DNA of 64,000 bases from the human T2T-CHM13v2.0 reference genome, Homo sapiens. This document shows, in pieces, positions 1 through 14,340 of the stretch (position 1 is the stretch's first letter; every line of letters starts with the position of its first letter). Both the position numbers and the translations under genes were made by a program. The DNA is taken from the NCBI RefSeq assembly GCF_009914755.1, contig NC_060934.1; one strand, written 5' to 3'. The notes beneath the pieces are model-generated. The model saw only the letters and a program-made list of their open reading frames with translations, made no database searches and was not told where the DNA came from.

Positions 1-1289
1 TTTGCACTTAGCTGTCTGCTTGGCAGCCAGTCCTGGAACATTTGATGGGGGCTCTGCTGCTGGCCCCCCTCCAAATGGGCAGACCTGGGAATTTGTAGCC
101 ATACATTTAAATAGCTTATTTAGCTGTGCATGTTCCACATTAATTGCTCCTTCCTTCAATTGGATTTGTGCTTGGTAATTTTCTCCTTACACAGAGAATA
201 CAGATAAAATTTGATGGGTTGTGCTGGCCCTGGGCCGGTCAACTGCAAAGCTTCCTTTCTCATTAGTAACTATGAGTGCAGAGGACAGGCAGGGATGTCA
301 TGGATCATGGGGAGCTGGTGGGGCTCCATGTTTCAGAGAGTGGGGATTGAACTTGCCTGACCCATGATTCATGCCTCTTCTTTTCAGCTTCCTCCCCAGA
401 TTTTGCCAATGGGAGACTGCAGGACCTGCCAAGCACAGGATGGCCCTCCAGAAACTTGCTTAATGATTTCAGATAGGGGGCACAAAATAACTATTTTCTA
501 TCACATTCTCTGACCCCCAAGAAGTGGTTGAACACAACACAGGGCATTTTATCAGTCCTAGGACTGCTTTCTGCACATACTTTAAGCATTCTTGAAAGAG
601 TTGGCCAATATAAGCTCCTTGCATAAAACAGAGCTTATAATTAGCAGAAAATGTGTTTCTTCCTCATGCTGTGTTCTGGTTCAACAAAGTTTTAGAGTTT
701 CCGTGCTATATCTTCTGTGTTTGGCCAGGCAGCCCATATCTGCCTATCTCGCTCCCCACATCTATTTACCCAGACAGGCGCAGAGTGACTCCCCAAGAGA
801 ACATTTTGGCCAGGACATTGTCAGTCCTCTAATCAGTGGTGGCAATGCCAGGCACTGAGAAATGCAAATCATCATCAAGAGAGAGTTCACCTAATGGCTC
901 TGAGCACTCGGCTTGGGTTTAGAAGCTGCTTGTAGGTAGCTTTTTTTGCATACTGTGTGATTGTGACTTAGGGGCAATGCTGAAATTTATTAACAGCAAG
1001 CTTTGGCCTGACACCAGTGTCACACTGCATTAGAGAAAGTTCTGGCTTGCCTTGGTCATTCAGCCTGAGCCACAAACACCGCCTTGCTGCCTCTGATGGA
1101 TCTGTAATGTTGTTGATTAACTTTGCCTGCATTGGTTAAGGTGAAGAACTCAAGATGCCATATCTCTCTATGTAGCAGTGTGCTGGTGAGCCTTGAGGGT
1201 CAGTGGAAATGGAGGGAAAACTCCACGAGCTTCTCCCTTGGGTATATTTGTTCTTCATTGAATGTTACCAGTGCTAAAAAAAGGGGAGT

Positions 1290-2120
1290 GCCTCAGACTT
1301 AAGATGTCCTTCTCCTTCTCACCATCCCTTGGACAAACCCACTCCTCTTCTTATCTCCCTCCCCTTATTAAAGGGTGCTACCATCTGCCTCAGTTGTCCA
1401 AGCTAGAAATTGGGGACTATTATTCATGCTTTATTCCTCCCATGTCTCCAGACCTCAATTAGTAATCAAGTCCTGTCCCTCAGTCTCCACAATGTCACCT
1501 AAATATACTGCTTCCCCTTACTCTCATCATCAGTTACCTAATGCAGTTGCTTAGCTAGACCTGCGAAATAGCTTCAGCTCTGTTCTCCTGCCCTCATATC
1601 CCTTTTCATCCCCATCCAGCTCAATCCACCATTGACACCTCATTGTTTTAGTCTAAAATACAAATCTGCGTATGGCAAACCTCTTGTTTAAAACTGTCAG
1701 TGGCTCATATCACCTAGAGGATAGCATTCAGACTCCTCTCCATGCCATTTAAGATCTATGGCCTCCAATAGCCCCTCAATTTTTTCCACCTCACTTTCTG
1801 CTGTTCTTCTCCATATTCTTAGGCAATAGTGAGCCCCAAGTATATTCTTTCCCAGCCAAGCCAAACCCTTTCACATGACCCCTTCTACCTGAAGTGCCCT
1901 TTCTCCTGCCCTCTCAGCATGGAAAATTTATATCCACTTCTCTAGCTTTCACTCAAAGAGAACATCTTTTGTAGGACTCTCTCTGATGCCTTTGACCTGT
2001 AATAATTTTTTATTTTGTTATAATCAGTACTTTATATGCCTATTACCTACCTAATGTCACATTGGGTCTTCTTAGTCTCTGAATTGCTAGCTCTGGCATA
2101 AATATTTTGCTCACTAGTAT
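1290..2120 (+). mobile_element. L2 LINE 3' remnant (highly diverged)
   Basis: L2-like phrases (ccatctgcctcagttgtccaagctagaaattgggg, atagcattcagactcct, tctggcataaatatt); boundaries approximate. Confidence 0.6.
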
Positions 2121-3198
2121 TGAGGAAAGGAGGGAAAGAAGGGTGAAAGGAATGAAGCTCATTAGTTTGTAACTTCAGAAGATAGTTTGTGCAGACAGCA
2201 AAAGTAATATGTTTTATATCCTTTATGTGGGTAGATATCCCATAATGTTAGGGTGAACAGAATTCTAAGCTGTTAGGGAAAATGGATGTTGTGGAAATAT
2301 AACCTTTCTGAACAGCAAGTGGAATTTCCAACACATTAGGCAACTGCCTCACGTGTATTGAAGCCAGGTGTTTTATTAGAAAATTATAATTGTCCCACAA
2401 ATCTAAGACCTCTAACCAATTCCAGGCCTAACAGAGTTAAAAGGCCACTGGCAAGATAATACCATCATCAACATGCCAAGATTCATCCCCCATTGTGCAC
2501 CTGGGTCAGAGGGAGGCTGCCTGGGAGATAATCACAGCAATAGAAGTGTGGTTTCAAACCCTCTGACCTAGAGATCTGGATGGACAAGAGGGTAGAGTAG
2601 CCAAGAGAATTTGCTGGGGACAAAAAACAAGCTTTTAAGAAAGTCAAGGCACACATATTTTTTCCTTCAATATTCTCATTTATCCACAAAGAAAAACCTA
2701 AGAGGTTGTTAAGACAGAGGTTGGGGTTCATACTCCTGCTGGAGAATGACAATTTTAATGCCCATGGATGAAATGTTTATCTGCCAAATACTAAATATTT
2801 TCATTTTTGTGCAGCCACGACACACACACAGAGACACACATCATTTAACACAAGCAAAGCCTGAAAGTTAAACACACATAGGAACTGGAGTGGAGAGAAA
2901 TATTGGGGAAGACCAGCAGGGCAGGATGGATTGAACAGCAGTCCTTCAACATGCCAAGTGTTCTCCCCATGGGTGTTCAAGCTCGCACCTCCCTCCAGAT
3001 GGCCAGAGGACCTCTCCAAAAACCTTGCTTCAACATCCATTTCCACCATGGAACTTGATCTTCAATCCCCACATATCAGAATCCAGAGTATAATATAAGA
3101 GAACTGGAGAAAACACATGCTTTATTTCTAGACCTGCTTGGTCATAATTTGTGACACTGGACCAACATTCCTAGTGTCTCTGTGTCTGTTTCCTTACA

Positions 3199-3571
3199 CA
3201 GCCATGTGTCACTTAACAACACAAATATATTCTGAGAAATGCATAATTAGGTGATTTTGTTGCTGTGAGAACATCGCAGAGTGTACTTACACAAACCTAG
3301 ATGGTACAGCCTACTACACACTTGGGCTCTATGGTATATAGCCTATTTATATAGCCTATGGTATATAGCCTATTGCTCCTAGGCTACAAACCTGTATAGT
3401 AATGTTACCTTATTGAATACTAGAGACAACTGTAACAATGGTAAGTGTTTGTGTATCTAAACATATCAAAACATTAAAAAGGTACAGTAAAAATACAGTG
3501 TTATAATCTTATGGAAACACTGATATATGCAGTATGAAGTTGACAAAACATCATTAGCTGGTGAGTGACTA
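3199..3571 (+). mobile_element. Tigger3a/MER7A-type non-autonomous DNA transposon
   Basis: Ends cagccatgtgtcacttaac...gtgagtgacta; internal gtacttacacaaacctagatggtacagcctactacac matches recalled Tigger3 consensus. Confidence 0.8.
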
Positions 3572-4874
3572 TATAAGAAATGAGAAGTAAATTACATGGG
3601 GCTGTCATTTTATCCAATGAGATGACAAATGAAAGCAGCGAGCTGACAGCTAACACACAGTAGATGTGTAATAAATTCCATTGACCCCCATTCCCTTCCA
3701 ATAGTAGGCTCATTTGTTTAATATTTTGCTAGCATCTTTATTAGGCATCCACGCTCTCTGCTGAAATAAACAGAAAGCTTTGGTATTTGGCTGAGCTGAT
3801 GACATTCAAAAGCCCCCACACATCCTCCTCTTCACATACATAACTGTCATGGGCTATGCAGGCCACACTGCATGTCAGAAAGCAAAAAGAATTTGAATTT
3901 TTTCTTCCTTAAGTGAAATAAAATGTGAAGAATGAACAAGATAAATAAGGTCATTTTCCTCATAGGTCTTGCTTATTTAGATCTCATTTTGAATGCACGG
4001 AAACTAATCTCTGCTATGTTGAGGTTTTTTTTTCCTCACACACTTAATGTGAAATACAGCAATAGATGGATGATGTTGGTGTTTGGAAGAGTGTGTGGTC
4101 AATAGAGGTTATAAAGAAAAAAATGAAAAGAAAGAAAGAAAAAGTAATTTCTTTTCAGGAGGAAGTAACCTATTGATACTACATAAGTTGCTACTAGGTC
4201 AACCCTGAATTGATTTTCATGTAGTCAATAGTTCTGTATCCTTGCATTAATAGTTGGGTAGCAATAAGCACTGGCAACTTACCAAAATTAAGTAATATAC
4301 TCAGCTATCTGCTATGTCTAATGACACAAATGTCTCTCAAAGCAAAAAGGACTTGGAAGACAAGGATATATGCCCTGATTTGTTAAAAAGAGTTATCCCA
4401 TTTAAAAGGAGAGACAGAAATAAAAATCTTCTCTTATAGTGGCAGTTTGATCAGATATAACTATAGTTCTTCTTCCTTGTTGCCCCCAGTCCTCATTAAG
4501 TGGCCAAAGTATATATAATATTAGAGGAGAACCTATTATCACTGGTGGAAACAAAGAAATAGGGACATTCTCATGTTAGAAACTTTTAGGAACTTCTATA
4601 AGATATCTTATAGAACAGTCTGAATTGAAGAAAGACTGATATGCCCCATTCCTTTCCACCAATTAGCCACAGAGAGAATAAAAGACGCCCTCAAATACTC
4701 TTAACTGGGAGATGCGTGGGAAGGAAGTGAGGCTGGGTCTTAGGACAGTTGATTGACAAAAATAGGTTGCACCAGCATTGCTGGGCAGGGACAGAGACCT
4801 GGGAAACCCCAAGCAATCAGCCAGTGTGGGGACTGCACTCCCCTTCGAAGGACAGTCACAACTAAACCCTTTCC

Positions 4875-5052
4875 CAGAACCAAATTATCATTCATGGGGC
4901 CCAGAGAAAAATGACAATACAGAGCTCCTTATTCAAAAAACATTAAGAATTGTAAAAAGGTAACAGCAGAGCATTAAACCAAGCATGGAGCCCTTCTAAT
5001 CACGGAGACTTGTGTGATTTGCACAGGTCATGCATCCATGAAACCCGCCCTG
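4875..5052 (-). mobile_element. MER45A-like hAT DNA transposon
   Basis: Reverse complement begins cagggcgggtttcatggatgcatgacctgtgca and contains gcttggtttaatgctctgctgtt. Confidence 0.7.
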
Positions 5053-6724
5053 CCTCCTTTTTGCCCCTGTTTACCTCTGTGACTACTCAAAATCTCACTT
5101 TCTTGATCATCCAACACCTCCCAGGTCATCACCCTTATATTGGTCTTAACATCTGCAACTCTGGCCCACCCCACCCTTGAACTATACTCTCTGGAGCACA
5201 TGAACTATAGCCAGAAAGATCCCCTCCCCCATAAACTTCCTCTTCCTCTTGTTTAACCCAGCTGTGCCCTGGGGCCACTGCCTCACCTGAAGCCTTGTCA
5301 AGCTGAGGCTGTTGGCTTTTCCTCTCACCTCTCCCAGTGAGACAGGAGTAGGTGTCCTCCTCGCCGCACCCTCCACTGTGCTTCCAAATAGTCTCCTCTC
5401 CACCCTGCTTAGAGGCCATGCCCTGCAGCTGTCCACCTCTCCCAAGCATATTGTTTCCTGATCTCCCAGTCACACCCTGCACTCCTTCTAGACTGCCAGA
5501 ATCATAGTGTATCTCTCCACCTCTACTCTCAACATCCTCGTGATGAATCTAACATCCGAATGGATAACATATCCCAGATCCCATCTAGCCTATTGGTTCC
5601 TCGACCTCCACACCATCCCCTACTCCATCCCATCTCCACCCCCACCATCCCAGAAGCATAAAACAGGACCATGACACAATCTCAATTTCAGGTATTCCAC
5701 TCTCTCAGCAGTCCTTCATGTCTTCCAGTTCTTCACTTTAGCATTCCCAGTGAAGAAATTGTTTATCCTCATCAAGGCCTCTAACCAGTGACTCCCTCCA
5801 CTGTGGCATTATCCATTACCCCCACCCTCTGTCTCACTATCTGTTTGGCCCAACTTGGTTCCCATAGTTCATGATTATAACTACTCCCTGACAGGGTCTT
5901 CATCTCTTTTACCTCTCTCCCTCCTTTATACTCATGTGGGAAAATGCCAACTATCTGCCTGTTTAATGTTAACTTGAGTCAGAAAATCAAAAGGTATCCC
6001 TGAATGAAAGGCTAAAATAATAAAACAATGACCACACCTGACTATCCTAGTGACCTTTTTTGTTTTTTAATTTCAAAACTAAAGAAAAAATTGTGAGCAT
6101 CTAAAGATAAAACATACTACTTTAAAGGAACAAAAACCAGACTGGATGATGACTTCTTCCCTAAAATCCTAAAACAATGAATTAATGCTACGTGATTTTT
6201 AAGACTAAAGATTCTGATGAGCTTCCATTCATATATGAGGACAACAGAAAGTCTCAGCCGTCCCAAGTCTCTTTGTTGTATGTCTCATACTTTCTGAAAA
6301 TAGGCACACTCCACATGGCCAAAAGTTGAACTGAAACCAGGAAATCAGAACTGGGAATGTCGCGGCATACAAGAAGAATAAAATCAGTAGAACAATAATT
6401 CCAAAGAATTATTGTTAATAGGATTACAAAGCTGAAAGTCAAAAGTAAATCTTGTTTTGAGTATTAAACATAAAATGCTTAGACCAGTGTCTGGATATGG
6501 TTGGCTATTATTATTACAAAGAAATAAATGTGTTAATGATAATCTCAATCTAAAGACCCAAACTATTTGAACAAATTCAAGAAATGTGATGGGGAAGGGA
6601 GAGACGGAGTAGAAAATACAGAAAGAAAGGAAATAAAATCATATTATACTTTTTATCCTATGCCAGGTTAAGTCAGAAAATACCACTTTGTTCTTGAAGT
6701 GGATAACAGAAACAAGATGTGTGT

Positions 6725-6980
6725 GCAAAATAGACACATACTATATAATTCCATTCATATGAGGAACCTGAAGTAGTCAAAACCATAGGCACAGAAAGCA
6801 GAATGGTGGTTGTCAGGGGGTCTAGGGGAGGGCAATAAAGGGTTGCTGTTTAATGGGTACAGAGTTTCATCTTCGCAAGATAAAGATTTCTGGAGCTTTG
6901 TTGCAAGCTACTGAACTGTACACTTAAAATGATTAAGATGTTAAATTTTATGTATGTCTTATTACAATGAAAAATAGAAA
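6725..6980 (+). mobile_element. L1MB-type LINE-1 3' UTR fragment
   Basis: cagaaagcagaatggtggttgtcagggg, tttaatgggtacagagtttc, ctgaactgtacacttaaaatg, A-rich end. Confidence 0.75.
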
Positions 6981-9317
6981 AAAACAAGTTTATTTTCAAG
7001 TCAAAAAAGATAGAAAGAGACTCTATCCTATTACTATCGTTCAGAATTTTTTGTCATGATTTTGTAGAAATATTTTGGGCACTAACATGTATTGTGTTGA
7101 AGAAGTATTTAGCTGACATTTAAAAATTCCTTTATAGTTAAATAAATTACTAATTATTCCACTCATATAAGATTATTTTTACAACTGTTAATAAAAGTAG
7201 TAAATTCATAAATTAAAAAAAGATGTGTGTGCATGTAGCTACACATGTGGATATTGCTTCATTTAAGACTGTGATCCTCATTCTAGGAGTGTACATCCTG
7301 TTAACCCAGAGAGGTTTTGTTCTGTTTTGCTTGTTTTGTTTTTCTAAATACACAGGCCACTGTCAAGTAATGCAGTGCAGCAACGCTATAAATGCCATGT
7401 CTAGGTGTTCACCCAACTATTCACTGCATAGGAGTTTGCCTTTGCAGGCCTAATGAAGGTATGGCTGAAAGGAGAGTAGGTTCCCTTAAAAATGGGAGCC
7501 GGCCACCCCTGTACCAGACCCTCAAGTCCATCTCCTGGGACAGCAGCCTGTCTCTGGCAAAAAAAAAAACTGGCCAACCTCAACTCACACAGCTATAAAG
7601 CCAGGTCCGCCCAGGGCCAGCAGGAAGACACAGCCTCATCACCATCCCTGGGATGGTCTTCATGACTCCCACTTCCTAAGCCCAAGAGACTTCTCACGGC
7701 AGAGTAGCAGGATCTTTCCCCAGGGCCCCCTGTGGCCTTGCCTCTCCCCACCCCTACTGTGGTGGAAGAGGTCTTTCAGCACAATAACATCAAAAGAATG
7801 CTACACACAAAGCATCTTTAATAACAATAGCAGTTGTTAAATGTTTGAAATGAGAATAAAAATTGCCAGGGAGCCTAGCAGGATTAGGAAAACACTGAGA
7901 ATCAACAGGTCCAGACTGGAAGATAAAAGATGTGAGGATACCAATTATCTCAGAGTCGATTTTTTAAATTCTCATCATTTCATATATAGGTTACTATTCA
8001 TTCATTGAGAATACATTTAGTGATCCCCATGTAAGCGGGGGAGACCGCCATTCCAGATCCATTTGATGGAATTCCTTAGTGATGTTTGTTCTCATTTTCC
8101 CATAAGTGTGTGCTTGAGACATGTTCAGAATGGTCATTCTAATGAAACCTGCCCGCGGGGAAGACATGTGGTTCTCTAAGACTCTATCCCCTTCACCTAG
8201 CATAAGCAAGAGAGACTCGGTTTTTTCTGAATTTGCAGTAAACATAATGCAAAGTTAGGGGGCTGCTCAGCGGAGAACGCGAAGATGTGCCCCACAGGCA
8301 TGAATCTCCCTGATTACAGCCAGCACAGCCATGGCAGCTGGCTGGATGGAACCCGTAAACACCTGCCTGCACTCTGTCTGCGGCACACGATAATTAATAC
8401 CCTGCTCATAGCCTTCCACTTTCCATTTGCTTTGCCAATGCTGCTGTTACATACCACTGACTTTCCCAAATTGGATATTAATGATTTACTCTCTGAAATC
8501 TAAGGGTGCTTACAAAACATGATAGTGTGAATGGCTGAAAAAAATAATCATGAAAAGAGAAAACGCTCCAATTTTTCCATGTGGGTGTGGCCAGGCAGAT
8601 GATTTGTGGAAGGGTATGTCTTTCGGTTCTTGACTATGAAGGCAGAGGCGGATAGACAGAGAGGGGCTGGCTGCCCATCTGCTTCAAACATCCCCGTTGC
8701 CTGCTGACAGCGTGGAGATTGATCGCAGGATGAGAGCTCTTCCCACGTAGCTGAACTAATAGAACTCATTCATATTCTCTCACAAAAAGCAAAAGGCGCT
8801 CCTGCCAGCAGCAGAAGAGTACAACGATCAGATGCTCAGGTCCTGCCCGGGGCTTGCCAGGTCCACCTCCAGCCCCAAGAGCTCTTCACCCCCTTGTCTC
8901 TGCTAGTCCATGTTGATCACTACCTGGGAAACCTGGCTCACCTCCTCACAGGAGCTGTCTTTGACTTATTCCATATGGCACGTATTAATTTTCTCCATAT
9001 CCTGCCACCCCTCTTGTATGGAATCAATTTACCAGTCAACTTAGAGAGGTTAGGATATTGCATGGTAGTGGGTTTCAAATGACAGTATTTTTCAAGCAAA
9101 GGCACACTGCTTACAACAAAAACATTTCGCAGTTGCTGTGACACTTTGTACCACAGGTGGTCTCATTTTATTCTCATATCTTCATACAACCCTATAAACT
9201 GGATCCATGGACAGAGCATAGCTATTATGCTGACTTTGTTGCAACATCTTCAATACTGCTATTTTGACAAGGAGATATTTTTTAATGTTTTAAAGTAATC
9301 GCTAATATTTTAGGGTT

Positions 9318-10308
9318 TTTTTCTGTTTTTATTTTGGTAAGAACACTTAACATAAGATCTACCTTCTTATCAAATTTTTAAGCACACAATGGAGTATTAT
9401 TGGCCGTAGGCACAATGTTTTACTGCAGATCTCTAGAATTTATTCATCTTGCATAAGTGAAATTTTGTACTCATTGAACAACTTCACATTTCCCCCTCTC
9501 CCTTTCCCTGGCCACCATCAACTCAGTTTCTGAGTTTGACTTTTAGATATCTCATATAAGTGAAATCATGTAGTGTTTGTCCTTTTGCATTTGGCTTATT
9601 TTACATAATATTATGGCCTCAAAATTCATTCATTTTGTTGCAAATGGTAGAATTTCCCTTTTTAAAGGCTGGATAATATTTCTTTGTTTGTATATGCCAC
9701 ATTTTCTTTATCCCTTCATCCATTGATGAACAATTTAGGTTACTTCTATGTCTTGGCTGTTGAGAATAGTGCTGCAATTAACTTGGAAGCTCTCATGCCT
9801 CTTCAAGATCCAGATTTCATTTCCTTTGGCTATATACCCAGGAGTGGGTCTACTGGATCATATGGTAGTTTTATTTTTAATTTTTTTAGGAACTTCCATG
9901 CTATTTTCTATAGTGGCTTCAGCATTTTACGTTCCCACCAACAGCATATAAATGTTCCAATTTCTCCATGTTCTCACTAACAATTGTTATCTTCTATGTT
10001 TTGATAATAGCCATCCTAAGAGATGTGAGGTTATACCCCATAGTAATTTTGATCTGCATTTCCCTAATTTTTGGTGATGTCGAGCACCTTTTTATATACA
10101 TATTGGCCATTTGTATATCTCCTTTGGATAAATATCTCTTCCATTTCTTTGCCCACTTTTTAAATAGGGTTATTTGGGGTTTTGCTATCAAGCCATAGGA
10201 GTTCATTTCTTATATATTTGGGATATTAGCCTTTTATGAGATATGTCATTTTGCAAATACTTTCTTCCATCCTGTAGGTTGCCTTTTCACTTTTGATGGT
10301 TTCCTTTG
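9318..10308 (-). mobile_element. L1MA/MB LINE-1 3' end (ORF2 C-terminus remnant and 3' UTR)
   Basis: Minus-strand ORF 9994-10206 ([29 protein letters not shown]...IREMQIK) is L1 ORF2p-like; T-rich tail at left. Confidence 0.9.
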
Positions 10309-10416
10309 TATTGGTCTTGGCAATGATTTCTCAGATGTGACACCAAAACACAAGCAACAAAAGCAAAAATAGACAAGTGGCACTGCATCAAACTAAAAGG
10401 CTTCTGCACAGCAAAG
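10309..10416 (+). mobile_element. Inverted 5' segment of the same L1
   Basis: ttggtcttggcaatgatttc...aaactaaaaggcttctgcacagcaaag is the ORF2 sequence immediately upstream of the minus-strand piece, in opposite orientation. Confidence 0.85.
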
Positions 10417-11574
10417 TTTTGATTTACTATTGAATTGTGTTTTAAAAAAGAAAGAGAGATCTTCTCCCTATTCCTGAGCCTTACTTCATAGTTAATAACC
10501 TCCACTCACCCTGTCTCCCCTTTTCCACACATACACAGGATGGGAATCTGAGACAGGATGAGAGATGGAATGGTATGAAGAGTATCAGAAAAAACTTTTG
10601 CATACATTTCTTGGTGACACCAAAGAGAAATACTACGTTTTAACCATGTCAAGGGGGCTTTCTAAAGTGCCTTGCGTAAGTAGGTTGTGCAATATTCTAT
10701 TCTAGGCACATAATAGACAAAGAAACTAAAGCTTACTAGGCAAGCAGTTTGACCAAGTGCATACAGTTGGTGATCCAGTGCTGTGCTTTATCCAGCACCT
10801 TTGAGTTAATATCCTGAGTTTTTATAATACAAAGATAATGGAGTTTGCATCCCAGAGAAAGTGCCCCTCAACATTTAAGGGGTGCAGAGGGAATAGCATG
10901 TGTGGAGTTGTGACAGCCTCTTCAGATAATCATCTTATTGGCGCCCCTCAAGGCTTCCAGGCAGGCATTGCTGACATTCCCATCACTCAGGTAAAGAATT
11001 TTGACCAAGGCCAAATAACTGAAAAATCACTGGATCAAACTTTGATCTATGTGACAGTCAGTCTGGCCCTCAAACCTGGAAAACTAAAATTCCAGCTTTA
11101 AATCTCTCTCTGGTTTTTGGCTCTTTCCACATTTTCACCAATACCTGTGCCATGATAATGTTATTACCATTTCCTTGGTCAACTAAAATATTTCTGGGAG
11201 AACTGATGAGCATTTCTTTGGAGAAGTGAGAGGTGGTGGACACAGCAACTGGTGCCAGGAGGTCAGATGACAACTAGCAGGGATGGCACATACTCAGGGC
11301 AGTGGGGGCTCTGCCTCTTTTTGTCATGTGTCATTGTAGACTTCCTCCAAGAAACAAAGAGCAGGAGAAAGGACGAACATGGAGGAGAAGCAGGAATGTA
11401 GAGGAACAGAAAGATGGAAAGTAGAAGTGGCAGTAAAATCAAATGACTGTGCTGTTATTTTGGTGAAAAGTACATAAAGCCACCTCTTTCCTAAAAGGTT
11501 GGGAAGGTTTACAGCAGGCATATGTGTACTATTAACAGGGAGTATGGAAAGGGGCAAAGACGTGAGTATTTGAC

Positions 11575-11765
11575 TATGACCAAGTTCCAGATCAGCCAGA
11601 TATTTAATCTCTCTGAGCTTCAGTTTCTGCATTTGCAAAGAAGGACAATACTAACACCTTCCTCACAGTTCTCTGGAGAGAATTAAATGAGATAAAGCCT
11701 AAAGCATCCTTACCTCAGTGGCTAATTTGTAGCAAACATTCTGTAAATGTAAGCTAATTTATTAA
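11575..11765 (+). mobile_element. MIR SINE
   Basis: MIR core taatctctctgagcttcagtttctgcatttgcaaa...attaaatgagata. Confidence 0.7.
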
Positions 11766-11772
11766 AGGTTAA

Positions 11773-12201
11773 TGCAATAGTTTGGAAGCTTGACCCCTCT
11801 AAATCACATGTTAAATTTAATCCCCATTGTGCCAGTGTTGGGAGGTGGGCCTAGTGAAAGGTGTCTTGAGTCATGGGGATGGATCACTCCTGAATAGACT
11901 AAGGCCCTCTCTGGGAGGGGGTTCAGAAGTTCTCACTCTGTTAAGTTCTTATGTGAGCTGGTTGTTAAAAAGAGCCTGGCAACTCCTCATTCTCTCTCTT
12001 GCTTCCTCTTTTGCCATGTAATCTCTGCATACGCTGACTCCCCTTCACCTTCTGCCTGTGAGTGGAAGCAGCCCAAGGCCCTCATCAGATGCCGGCACCA
12101 TGCTTCTTGCACAGCCTGCAAAACTGTGAGCCAAATAAACCTCTTTTTTTAATAAATTACCCAGCCTCAGCTATTCCTTTATAGCAACATGGACTAAGAC
12201 A
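11773..12201 (+). mobile_element. MSTB-type MaLR solo LTR
   Basis: TG...CA termini, end ccagcctcagctattcctttatagcaac...ggactaagaca; near 5-bp TSD gttaa/gctaa. Confidence 0.85.
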
Positions 12202-14089
12202 GCTAATGAAAAACAAACAGGGAATGCACAGACTTAAAAAAAGAAAGAACAAAGTAAATCAGCTATGTGTATTAATAAGGTTGGTATGGGTGAGCTTAAA
12301 ATTAACAGTCAAAGCTCCATGGAGAAAAAACTCCTTATCTCTTATTTTCACAAAGCAACAAACACACTAGGCAGTAGGCACAGGAAGACATTTTCCTTAC
12401 ATCTGAAGGAAGTTTCTCAGAGGCCACAGCACTCAGTGAAGTCTGTGGCTGGAAACAGGTTTGTGCCTTTAATGGTGGCAGGGGACAGGGCGAATGGTGT
12501 CATCTCTATTCAAAGCCACAGATGTGAAATTGTGTACTATAATAAACAATTTTTCAATAGGAGTAGAAACTCCCCAGAGCTGTGCTGAATGACGTTCATA
12601 ATAGTACAAACCTCAGTTAATGGTTACTGAGAACTCACTGCATGCCAGGCATGGGTCAGTGTACAAATCAAAACTAAACTGGCACATGTTATCACTTACC
12701 ATGGACACATTATCATCCTCATGTTAAACATGAGAAAAATGAGATATAGAAATGATGGGCTACTTCCCCAAAGTCACAGAGCTGATAAACTGTGGAGTGA
12801 AAATGCAATCCCAGAAATTCCAACTTCAAAGCCCAAGTTCTTAATGATGATGCTGAATCTAAGCATAACTAAACATAATTTCTGGGGCTTCAGAGATTCA
12901 AATGTCCTTTAGTAGCAGAATTCTAAAGATCAAAATTGCTGCTGCCATTTCAACATAGCCTAGTGGGTATAGAAGGAAATAGAAAATCCTAGTTTAAGAT
13001 TTAGGATTAGCCACATGGCTGGCTCCTTTCCTTTAAGATAAAAAACTGGAGCTCCTTAATCGGTCACTCCTGAATTTTGGAAATATCAGCTAACCTCCCA
13101 TAGTTTATTCTCTAATGCTCTACCCTCTAATCTCAATCAGGGAATTAGGTCCTGAAACTGAAAGACAAAATTCAGGATTCAGAATGTGCCAATGACCTTC
13201 AGGTAATGAAAAAGGCAAAACGATAAGAAAGTAATTTTCTCCAAGAAAATTCTTCTTTAATGAAAAATATCAGCAATTATGTCTAAAGTCTTAAGAGACA
13301 GACAGAAACCAAGAATCACCTATGAGGTCTGCCCAGACAATGTACAGAGTCTAATGTTCCAACGAAGTCACTTAAGCCTTAAAGCACAGGTCAGTCCTTC
13401 TAGTAAAAGCCCAAACATATGCAAATACCCTCTCTGCTTGTCATCATTTCTGGGGAAATGGTTTTCATACCTTAGATACTACCTCAAATTCTTATCTTTC
13501 AATAAGCCAATTAATTGTTAAAGTGAGGAATAGGTTGAAGGACAGGAAAAAAGAAAATAGAAGATTACAGAACACACTGAAAGAAATAATTCATATATCT
13601 GTGCTAGATACTTTACTTCTCACCTCACCCTTAGCCCTTTCATGGGGAGCCAGTCCCTAGAGCAGAGAGTAAACCTCATCCAACACAGCAGCAAACCCCA
13701 GACTGAAGATGTCGATGTATTGGCTGGTCTTCGACTAATCAGATGCTCTCATTAATTTTAAATTACATCCTGGAAATCGATCCGTAATTGATAGCAGGTA
13801 CTGAGGATAACATGGTACGTAGACTCAGGCCTTAGGCAGCCTTATTGGATATAGAGCAAGGGGAGTAAACAGAGGACACTGGTCAAGAGAAGGGTGACCC
13901 AGATCTGAGAGATGCAGATGTGAGGATGACATGCACCCCAGGGAGATGGGCAAAGGAACCTCGAGGTCCAACCTTCCAGGCTGCTCCCCACAGCTCTGCA
14001 GCAACCCCGCCCTAATCATGTGATCTGAATTGAGTGATGTCTATCCCTTTCAGTGAAAGGAGCTTGACTCTAATCATACTAACATTATT

Positions 14090-14340
14090 AACAATTATTA
14101 GCATTTGCTGGGCTCTTGTTTTGTATCTGACACTACACTAAAACGTTTAAGCTGATGTCCCACGATTCCTCACATTATTCCTATAAGAGCAATACTATTG
14201 CTATTCCCATTTTACAGCTGAGGAAACTGAGGCTCTGACAGGTTAAAGGATTTGATTATAACTCCCAGTTGAGGCAGGAATTATTATAAACACAGTTGGA
14301 TTGACTCAGAGTCCACAGTTTTAGCTGCCATACTAGACTG
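14090..14340 (-). mobile_element. MIR SINE
   Basis: cccattttacagctgaggaaactgaggctc core. Confidence 0.75.

Noticed and set aside
7590-7615. TATA box (ctataaag) with GC box
   Set aside because: GC box lies downstream of the TATA; no CpG island or other promoter support
9684-10206. Overlapping ORFs including hydrophobic ones
   Set aside because: L1 ORF2 remnant and its antisense frames
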